Shown piece by piece: positions 42,373-52,900 of a stretch of 64,000 nt of DNA. A program made the translations under genes and the position numbers. Numbering within the stretch: position 1 is the first letter of the stretch; each line of letters starts with the position of its first letter. Origin of the DNA: Macrostomum lignano (lineage: Eukaryota); contig NIVC01002233.1 in the NCBI GenBank assembly GCA_002269645.1, forward strand, positions 17,306 through 81,305. Reading direction: 5' to 3'. The notes under the pieces are model-generated. The model had not been told where the DNA came from and ran no database searches. It worked only from the letters and a program-made list of their open reading frames with translations.

Positions 42373-43675
42373 TTTTACTTTTTTTACATTTAGAAACACA
42401 TTTGGATATTCGGATTTGGAATTTTTTGTACATTCGGATTTGGTTTTGGAAACTTGCAAGAATCTACATTTGGTCCATCACTAATAGAATGCTTGAGAGA
42501 CTAGCTGATGATGCTAATGAAGAAGTTAGAACTGATGTAGATGCATGTGGTTGACAAGCTGAATAAATTTAGAGGCTTGGCAAGGCTGCACTGAGATGCA
42601 ATACTGATTGATGCACAGGGGTACACTGAATACACTAGCAATCAAAGAAAAAAACTAACATTCTAACAGAATTGTTGAATATCTTGATAGTCTGCAAGGC
42701 TGATGACTTGATATTGATTATTGTTGAAGAAAATATAGAACCAAAAGTTAGCTTGTGTTTCTGAATTTCATATGCTTGCATTTATTACATTGCTCCATTT
42801 CAGTGTTGCAAAAAATGTCAGGTAGAGAGAGGGAGAAGACCCACTCTTGGTGGTTCAATAGTCAGAAAAATGGCTTGGTATTCCTTATATTAATTCATAC
42901 AAGTCTGTTTTGCAGGCTTAGGACTATAGAACTTAGACTTGCATCCCATTTATTGGCTAGAAAATGTTGTTTTGTTTGCTAGCAAAAAGGAAGCAGACAA
43001 AATCATAGCATACAAATATGGCTAAAACATCAAATCTTTCTATTTATTACATCATTATTAGTACTATCTTTGCTTACATACATTAATTTCTAATTTACTA
43101 GCTATTCTTATGCTATTAATAGATTTGAAACCAATTATCAATAATATATTCTCTATCTTTTGAGATGTTTGCTTTGGTAGATAGGGCAATTGCTCATTTT
43201 GTCTCCTATTGTAGCCAAGGTCTGAATTGCACCAGGTGCCCCCCTTTCTTGCAGCAATGCAACAGTGACATATGTAGGATTTTCTATGGATTTTCCATAG
43301 TTAAAACAATAAAAGATCTTTTTAAGTGGGTTGCTTTTCTCTTTCTTTGTAAGCTTGCAGAACTGCAATTTAAAAATTTACATTACATGCAGAAAATATA
43401 ATATAATGAATAGTATGTAAACCTAGAAATTTAAGTAAATGTTCAAAAACTTTAAACTTTAAGTCTCAAACAACAACTACATTTTTTTGCAAGTTTGTAC
43501 ATTCACTGCAACATGCAATACTGCTCTGCTCTTCAACCCCACCATATGATACAACACTACCTGCCTTTCTTAAATTTGTGATCACAATGCAATACTGGAA
43601 AATATTGAATGTGTGGTGGACAGCTATTTATGATTTGTTAACTTATTCCAAAATAGGTCATTTGCTATACTGAGA

Positions 43676-43974
43676 CATACATGCGCAACAGTCAGCCAAG
43701 TCGGCCGATCTGGCTGACTGATTTGGCGACCAACCAAGGAAGTCGCAAAAATGCCCACTCAAAAAAACACCCAAGTAGTAGTACTAAGTAGCTGATGAGG
43801 CATTTTGGCTTAATAAGAGAGTCATAGTTACTCCTGCCGTTTACCTAAAGTTGCGTTAATTTTGCTTAACAGTTTTTTTTACATGCAAGTCACATTTTTG
43901 GCCAAAAACTACGTCGCATTTTTGTTAAAACTAAGTCACATGGCCGACCGAATTTTGGAGGTTGCGCATGTATG
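43676..43974. mobile_element. hAT-type MITE (14-bp TIR, 8-bp TSD) containing a 28S rRNA-like fragment
   Basis: TIRs CATACATGCGCAAC and GTTGCGCATGTATG. The TSD TACTGAGA is present on both sides (43668-43675 and 43975-43982). Internal 43794-43845 matches the reverse complement of 28S rRNA. Confidence 0.85.
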
Positions 43975-45083
43975 TACTGAGACCTTCCTCTTCACCTCCA
44001 TCTCTATGTGTGCCACTGCCCTTTGCCCTACACCATTGACATGTGCCATGACATTGCTATATATTACACACTATACCACTGCCAAGGCCAACCTACATTA
44101 GACACTGTTTGCAATGCCAATAATTACCATTAGCTACAATAGGGGTTTTGTCTTTAAACCCTTTTGGCCATAGTTTTTTTGCCCTTAGACTATTTTGTCC
44201 ATAGATTATTTTGCCCCTAAGCCAATTTGGTTATAAACTAGGGCTTAGGCCTAGGCATTCTTTGTTAGACTTACAAAAAGTTGAACTCTATTCTATCTAT
44301 TTATTTTGCAATTTTACTTTCAGTAACAATTAAGTATTATTGCTTTGAAAAAAGACAAAATATAATCTTACAAAGGCAATCAAGTGTTTCTTTTATTTTC
44401 TAACTTAATTTGCAGTTGTTTAAGTACTAGGTTATCTTCTTGATTCAAAATATTTTGTTTTCTAGACTTTTTGTTAAAACTACGGCTATGGGAACTATGG
44501 GAATATGGTAATATTAGGGTCCCTATGGCTACAGAATATGGAGAATTGGAATAAGCCATAGTTTTGCTTACGGCTATGGCTACGGTACATGGACCCTCCT
44601 TATGGCGGAACACTAACCTAAATAGTAAAAATTTCATTTTTATTCATTTCTATTCTGATCTCTATTCATTTTTTGCTTAAAATAAACCTGAAGATGTATA
44701 CTAATAGCATAATAGATTTTGCATAATAGAAATGTCACTTGTGCAAAATGCATCAAGTAAATTAATGTTGATTTTCATTTTTTCTTTATCAATTGAAATT
44801 ATTGAAATTATTGATAATTGAATTATCAATAATTGCCAAGTGAGCAACTTTATCTAAATTATCTACCTAATCTTCAATAAGACCTCCATGCTCCTATTGA
44901 AGTTTATGTATGTAAAATCAATCCATGAAGATTCTCTCTATTCTAAACTCTATAGTTAGGAAGGTGCCCTATATGCCAGAATTTTTTTGCATGCATTAGG
45001 CCTAGGCCTAGCCTTGGATAGCTTATTGCCATGCATATTTGGCATGTTTGAATCTTAAAGGTCACATAATTTTGACATTTTGG

Positions 45084-45576
45084 CCAGGATGGAATTCTTG
45101 CACGAAAATTGCAACGCATTTTTGCGTTCAGGGAAAAAATTTGCGAAAAATTGTGCAACGCAAAAAAACATTGCGCACTTGTACGGGCTGCAAAAAATGC
45201 GACAAAAATTACAAATTATTTTGCAACTGTTTGCACAGTTTAAATTTATAAATAATTACTGACTTTACTATGTTAAATCTAGAATTACTACAAAAACGTA
45301 ACATTTATAGTTCATTATTTATGAACTGTTTAAATTTAAAATTCTCTACTTAAAAAAACAAAGATAATCAGTTTAATATTTATTGTAACGAGTCGTCAAA
45401 AAATGCAAGTATAAGACTATTGCAAAACATTATTTTGACAATTGGTAATGCTAAAAATTGCACCACTAAATTTTGTTTAAGATTGTAAAATTGTATTGGG
45501 TTCAATATGGAATTGCGCACCAAAAAAAAGTCGCAATTTTCCATTTTATATGCCAGATGCAAGAATTCCATGCTGG
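45084..45576. mobile_element. hAT-type MITE with 8-bp TSD
   Basis: TIRs CCAGGATGGAATTCTTGCA and TGCAAGAATTCCATGCTGG. The TSD CATTTTGG is present on both sides. Confidence 0.8.
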
Positions 45577-48500
45577 CATTTTGGCATTCATGACAAAGTC
45601 ACGTTTCCAATTTTTATATACTTGGAATAGGCCTACACCTAAAATTTTGCTATAAAATTCTGGCATTCACTGGACACCTTCCTGACAGTGGCATAAACCC
45701 CCTATAGCCATATTCTCTATGCCCTAGTTGTTAGACCCCAAGTGCTTGCAGCTTGTTGGCCCCCCCCCTTCCCCAAGACCTGCTCCCTTGCCCTGAGACC
45801 CCCTCCTGAGAGCCACCTACCCTCAGTCTTGGAATTTATCTACCTAGGCCTAATCTTCAATCAACTCCCATGCCTCTATTGAAGTTTAGGTAGGCTTACA
45901 ATTACATAATATCAATCCCCATGAAGATTCTCCTCATCCTAAAACCCTTATTCCCTTGCCCCAGTGGTTTGCTTTAAGCTACAAAAAACGAAACTAAAAT
46001 TTGAAACTAGCATCATAAAAAACTTCTACAGAGACAAAATTATGATCACTATCAAAACTGCAACTATTTTATTTACCTAAAGTTCAAGAGATGTGGCTTT
46101 TTTGGTCATGCACCACTAAAAATCATCCAAAAAGAAACTTTAAAACATTAGATTGCTTCATGCTATAGGCGTATAGCTATACTTACAGCCTATGCTGATG
46201 TTGATTATGCTATTGCTCACTAGTGTCCCTATATTATTTTAAGACAAAAATACAAATACAAAAAATACTGAAAAAATACAAGCAAACTGCTAAGGATTCA
46301 AGGAATAATGATTAGATATGTTATGATATATAGTGCATTAGGATCGATAGGTATTTATGTTACTAGGCCCTAACATAGTAAATAATCAATATAATAATTA
46401 CGAGATAAGCTTTCAGGACTCGTATAACCTCATTTTGTTCGTAGACAGTGAGTTATTGACATAGTATGAGTTTTCATGGAAACAAACGTTCAGTCTTAAA
46501 TTTAAATAAGCTGCAGCAATTTAACAAAAACGCGATTGTATTAGACTTTTAAAGTAAAACAGCATGTCCTTAAGTAATTCTATATTTTTTTGAAAATTTT
46601 ATTGATTACGTACATAATAGTTAGGAAAAATATTGCGTTGATTTAATTGCGCATCCGACAGTACATAATTCTTTCTTTTAAATTGTCGTAGACTTGAGGC
46701 CAACACTTTTGCTATTTCTCAATTTTCGCCTTTTTCTGCATGTCGTATTTTTATCCCTTTCAAGGACCGAGAGGACACCAAAAGGACCCCGGCCCAGATG
46801 ACTCAATATTTCGGATCCCTGCAAGTGAACCCCCTCTTCGAGCTTCGCGGTTTCTGCATATATGTTACTGTCATTTTTATTTTCTCCATTTTTGATAGGC
46901 ACGTGTTCGCCTATCGAAGGAACTGCATGTTCCACGCCTTGGAACCCATTTGCGTGAACGTGTGTTATTTAAATCCCGCTCTCTTAATTAACTTGCTCTT
47001 ACATGTACGGCCTACTCCCTCTCGTTAACGTACTGCTGTTTAAAATTATTTAACCTAGATAACCCCCACCGTGGCTCTGACGTTTCTTTCGTTCGTTTTT
47101 AGCTCTAACGTTGAACAATTCATTTACGTGTAGCCTTAACATCTACCATTGTATTTAACCAATAGACCAATCAAACTCCCTCCGTTGATCAATAAGCCAT
47201 ATATTAGCACTATCTTGAAACACATGTACTTTTCCCACGGGGCGCGGGCGTAGAACTTCAAATTAACTCTTTACTCGAAATACATGTAGCTCTGAGAACT
47301 AACGGGTCCCGTATACGTTATATAATTACGGTGGTGGCAGCGATGTGTATATACACTATACTCTTCTAGCAACACACTTCGTCGCGGCAACGTCGCGAAT
47401 TGGTCGCGGTAGGTCGCGAAAGTCGCAGCCTTTATTGGTGAAACTTTGACGTCGCGAAAACGTCGCAAAAACGTCGGACATTAAAGTATCAAAAAAAGTT
47501 GGAATTTAACTAAATCAGCCTGTTATACCTTTGATCAGACAGTGTATTACTGCAATATGTACTGCCTCTGAATTTAAAAGATGGAATTAGAAAATGGCAT
47601 AGCCATATAATCATGTCCAGCTACATGTACATGTATGTAGATGTGGAACAGAATTTTAGGTTCCAAAATAATGTATTGGTATTCATAGCAATTAGGGGCG
47701 TTAATCAATTATTCCATCTCCTCGAAAATCACAGTGTGATTTTCAAAGTGTGATTTTCAACCTTTACAAAGACTAGTTAGGTCGGAGCGCAAGCATAGAC
47801 AATTAATTACGGGTCTAAAGAATCAAACCTTTTCTTCAAGTTTGTTGGCTCTGTTGTTTTGTTTGCCCGCTCTCGGTAGTCAGAGTAAATTAAGAAGGCA
47901 ATCTGTTGTGGGGACGACTTAATCTGCAGCCTTCGCCGTGGGTTCTCGTACATGTACGTGTTAAAACGCAATCAGTAGATGACGTCATAGACAAAAAGAA
48001 AATAAGATTTAAGTTTTAACGTAGGTGGATAAGTTCATATACAAGCTATTGAATAAAGTAAATATATTACATCCATGATCACAGGGTTTAAGAGCTTGCG
48101 GGCCACACCTGCATAGAGTTTTTGCTTGTACACAGTGCCGTAAGCGATGGAAAATATATATACATTAACAATACATATAGCTATAGTAAATTGTACCTTG
48201 GACACACATGTATTTAGCTATAGATACTGTACACCAACATGTGTGTTACTGTATGCTAAAGTACTGTATATGCTAAAACTGCACTTGGAAATCGTCAAAA
48301 TAATTTATAATTTTTTGTCCTATTTTACTCGTAGACATTTGATAATGTTTTAGCATTATCAGCTGTAAGGCCGTAGTTCAGGTAGCTCAGGCAGCTGTAG
48401 TTCAGGTAGTTAAATTTAAGCTACGAGAGCAAGGCAGCTAGCAAGTTCAGCTAGCAAAATCCTCGCTAGCAAAATTCCTGCTAGCAAACTTCGGTTAGCA

Positions 48501-48691
48501 GATTTCGTCTAGCAGATTTCGGCTAGCAGATTTCGGCTAGCAGATTTCGGCTAGCAAACTTCGGCTAGCAGATTTCCTGCTAGCAAATTTCATAGACCCT
48601 AATTTATATTGGACGCCTCATTTTGTTTTAGTAAAAATTAATAATTATAATAATTATTATTATTAATAATACAAATAGTAATAATAATAAT

Positions 48692-48965
48692 GGATTACGC
48701 CTGCCCCAGGTGGGCCAGATGTGCAGCCGACAGCTCAGCCGCATCTGAAGGCTCTGAAGGCTGTTCAGTCCGAGGACTGGGGGGGGGGTCGCCACACACA
48801 GCCTCAATTACCCCAGCTAATGCTGGCACCCATTTTACATCTGGGTGAACTGAAGCAATGCATAGTTAAGTTTCTTGCTCAAAGGACACAGATTGTTCCA
48901 GTGGGATCGGGAATCGAACCCCTGACGTGATTCCGACGCTTTGACCACTTAATGCTACAACCCCC
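48692..48965 (-). mobile_element. Full-length tRNA/CORE-like SINE with (ATT)n tail
   Basis: Reverse-complement homologue of 25441-25633 with A/B boxes, the CORE-like segment, a 3' body and an ATT-rich tail at ~48640-48691. Confidence 0.82.
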
Positions 48966-49078
48966 TTAAAATTATACACTGTCACGGTGAAATTATTTAT
49001 TTGTTTAATTCATTTGTCTAAACCTGTTTAAAAGACGATATCAACTATCAGTGAAGCAGTATTTTATGGCTTTTACAA

Positions 49079-49116
<38 letters not shown>

Positions 49117-49175
49117 GCAGAAACAGCAACAGCAACAACAACATCAACAACAACAACAGCAACAACAACAACAGC

Positions 49176-49206
<31 letters not shown>

Positions 49207-49208
49207 GC

Positions 49209-49242
<34 letters not shown>

Positions 49243-49307
49243 GCAACAACAACAACAACAACAGCAACAACAACAGCAACAACAGCAACAACAACAGCAA
49301 CAACAGC

Positions 49308-49341
<34 letters not shown>

Positions 49342-49416
49342 GCAACAACAACAACAACAACAGCAACAACAACAGCAACAACAGCAACAACAACAGCAAC
49401 AACAACAGCAACAACA
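49079..49416 (+). repeat. (CAA/CAG)n tract, ~110 units; possibly polyQ-coding remnant of the zinc-finger gene
   Basis: Interruptions are almost all CAA/CAG, plus one AAA and one CAT. Confidence 0.9.
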
Positions 49417-49785
49417 AAAATTCCTGCTAGCAAACTTCGGTTAGCAGATTTCGTCTAGCAGATTTCGGCTAGCAGATTTCGGCTAGCAGATTTCGGCTAG
49501 CAAACTTCGGCTAGCAGATTTCCTGCTAGCAAATTTCATAGACCCTAATTTATATTGGACGCCTCATTTTGTTTTAGTAAAAATTAATAATTATAATAAT
49601 TATTATTATTAATAATACAAATAGTAATAATAATAATAGATTACGCCTGCCCCAGGTGGGCCAGATGTGCAGCCGACAGCTCAGCCGCATCTGAAGGCTC
49701 TGAAGGCTGTTCAGTCCGAGGACTGGGGGGGGGGGGGTCGCCACACACAGCCTCAATTACCCCAGCTAATGCTGGCACCCATTTT
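49417..49785 (+). repeat. ~369-bp direct duplication of 48471-48836 (14-bp repeats, AT-rich segment, SINE 3' half)
   Basis: Near-identical, differing mainly in G-run length and a few bases. Confidence 0.93.
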
Positions 49786-49837
49786 GCAGCAGCTTGAAAC
49801 AGCAGCACAGCAGCAACAAAGTTGCAATGCAACAACA

Positions 49838-49915
49838 CCCACTCTATTGTCCAGTGGCCTCTTCGTGGCGAGTGGGAGCCGGCCCCTCTGGGGACGGAGA
49901 CTCGAACAACTGGAC
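49838..49915 (+). ncRNA. HDV-like self-cleaving ribozyme at the retrotransposon 5' end
   Basis: P1 CCCACTC/GAGTGGG; P2 GTCCAGT(G)/(CA)ACTGGAC; P3 GCC/GGC; L3 TCTTCGT; P1.1 CT/AG; P4 CCG-G-CCCC-TCT-GGGG-A-CGG; J4/2 CGAA with the catalytic C at 49903. Confidence 0.85.
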
Positions 49916-49985
49916 GAACTCGGAACACCTTCGTTGGAGAGGAGAGGCGGTGGAGGAAATACCAAACCGCGAGATAGATGAGCGT

Positions 49986-52900
49986 ATGGGATGGAGAGCG
50001 ACTGAAATAGTACCGATTGCCATGGACGTCGAAAGGAACCCCGGACCCTGTGGTCGTTGCAGTAAAGTGATAACGTCGGGCCACAGGCCTATCAAATGCC
50101 AAGAATGCAACAAGGACTTTCATGGCGCGTGCACTGGACTCACCCGATCAGCGCAGGAGAGAGCCAGACAGCAACCCCACTGGCGTTGTTCAAACTGCCA
50201 GCTAGACGGCCAATGGAAAGAAGAAAGCGATGCCGAGGAGCGCGCCCGCTGGGAAAGAGACGCTGAAGCCATTCGAAACGGCGACTCATGCTCTGCTAAA
50301 GGATGCAAGACTAAGCTGAAAATCACTAAGGTCATCGTGCGCTGTAAGGAGTGCCACGGGCTGTTCCACAACAAATGTTCGGGCGCTAGCAGAGCATCCA
50401 TCGAGGGCGAAGTTAGGCGCGGAAAGTGGTCCTGCACGGACTGTCTGAACCGTATCCGGCTTACCTCGGAGGAGGCCTCCGCCACGGATGATCAGAACAC
50501 CCGCACGGGCGAAGCGAGTGCCGGATGGGCTGTTGATCGCAAGAGTACTCTACGCATACTGCAGTGGAATGCGGATGGCGTTAACAACAAAAGGGCGGAA
50601 CTGGAAGAGTTTCTACACAATCTAGACGTCGACGTTGCTGTCCTCCAGGAGTCGAAACTTTCGGAGGCGAGTGAGACCCCCCGTTTTAGAGGGTACACGA
50701 CGGTCCGTAAAGACCGCAGAGAGATCCGCCGCAGTGAGAGAGCTAGAGGGGGCGGCCTCATTACTCTGATTAAGCACAATATCCCGTTTAAACGTCTAAC
50801 TGCTTGGAAAGGCAATATCACCGAAGGGCTCAGGACGATAGTTGACATCAGCAAAAAAGAGCGCATTGTGATCACCAACGTCTACCGCCCCCCGATTAGG
50901 ACGGTGGAAGGGGAAGATGACAGAGACAGAGACAGCGTGTGGGACTGGATGAGCCCCGATCGCCGGGAAATTATCCTGGGTGACTTCAATTTGCACTCGG
51001 CAGAATGGGGTGCCACGGCCGAGCAAAGCCATCAAGATCAGCGCGAGGCGCAGGAGCTCCTTGATTGGTCCACGGAGTTCCAGTACCAGATCCTTAACGA
51101 CGGAACGGCCACCCGCACGGACTGGCGCACTGGCGCGCAAAGTTCCCCGGATGTTTCGCTGGCTGCACCTGACATCTGTATGAGATGCAAATGGTCCTGC
51201 TCACGAGGACTCAGCTCCGACCACCACCCGATCATTATCGACATCACCGCAGAAAGGGAAGTCAGAAAAATCAGAAAACGGTTGGCGTGGTCCTGGAAAA
51301 AGGCCGACTGGACCGAGTACCAGCGACGCTGTGAAGAGGCGGTGACTGCGGTCCCTAGGGGGCCCATAGCCCAAGAAACGAGAGCCCTCAGCGAAGCTAT
51401 GGTCCAGGCCGCTGTTAAGTGTATCCCCAAGAAAAGGGTGGGAAACCGCTATATGCCATTCTGGGATGAACAACTTGCGGAGGCCCAGGCATTACGTGAT
51501 AAGGAAAGTAGAGAAAACTCTGATAGTAGAGCGCGGTGGCACAGCGCTAACGAAACCCTTAGCAATCTCATCAAAGAGAAACGTTCCGCCTTCTGGAGAG
51601 AGCACGTGAGTAAGCTGCAAGAAGGAGATGACGGCAAAAGCACATGGAGGCTGATCAAGACCCTGCACGCGGTTAAGGAGGACTGTGTCCCTAACGAGAT
51701 CGTGGTCAACGAAGGACGAGAAGCTAGAACCGACAAGGAAAAAGCGGCGGTCTTCATTAATTTGTATGCATCAAACAGCAAAGTCCAGCTGGGTAAAGAA
51801 GAGCGGGCGTTAAGAGCTGAGGTCGCCAAGAAACTAAGGACGTACAACGAGGGCGCTGAATTCAGCACCCCGTTCACCCGCGAAGAACTCAAAGACGCAC
51901 TTGACCAGATGGCTGCAGACAAAAAAGGTGGCGTCGACGGTATTGAGGTACGGTTCCTTAAGAACTTGCCCGAACAGTGCTTAGATCGCTGGCTCGACAT
52001 CTTCAACCGCAGTTGGGCGGAGCACTCGTGCCCCGGGATCTGGAAGAAAGCCGAGATCATACCACTGCTCAAAGCCGGCAAAGATCCGAAGCAGCGTGAG
52101 TCGTATCGCCCTATCAGCCTCACCCCGGTGTGTGCGAAGCTGATGGAGCGGATGGTCACTAATCGGCTGTACTTTTGGATGGAAGACAACAAGATCATCA
52201 AAAGTTGGCAGGCGGGCTTCCAAAGAGGCCGCAGCACTGAAGAGCAAGTGATCCGGTTAGTGCAATCCATCCAGGATGGCTGGGAGGAGCGCCGCCCGCT
52301 CAAGACCGTTGCCGTCACCCTGGACTGCTCCAAAGCATACGAGAGAGTGTGGCGGGTCAAATTGATGGATAGAATGCTGGAAGAAAAAGTCCCAGCGCAC
52401 CTCGTTAAGTGGTTCGCCAGCTTCCTGGAGGACCGCAAAGGCAGAGTGCGCGTGGGCGATGAGACCAGCAAATTCAGACGCTTCCAGGAGGGACTGCCGC
52501 AAGGAGCGGTGAGCTCCCCAGCGTTATTCCTCCTTTACGCTAACGGCTGGAACGGCCTCACCGAGCAGGGCGTGGAATATGGCGGCTTCGCCGACGACCT
52601 CGCCATCTGGGCCTCTGGTACCGTGTACTCGGAGGTCAGAGATACCATCCAGAGAGCGCTGATTAAGATCGAGAGGTGGGCCAAAGTGCTGAAGATAGAG
52701 CTAAATCCAACCAAATGCGAATGTTGTATTTTTAGTAGATCTCCTAAGGACAAGTCTGCTGTCACGGGACTCACGATCGCCGGCCGCACTATCGCCACTG
52801 TGAGGAAACTTAAATACCTGGGTATCACCATCGATGGCGGCTTAACGTTCGCGGCTCATACGGAGGCCGTGCTAAACAAAATGAAACGCAGAGTTAGAGC

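Noticed and set aside
43794-43845. rRNA gene
   Set aside because: Only 50-65 nt match 28S. The match is degenerate and sits inside a TIR/TSD-bounded element.
38000-48400. Short ORFs in the long AT-rich interval
   Set aside because: Low-complexity composition, no codon bias like the real exons, and overlap with eroded MITEs.
51449-52471. 340-aa antisense ORF within the LINE
   Set aside because: It is the expected shadow ORF of a GC-rich RT coding region, with no independent motif.
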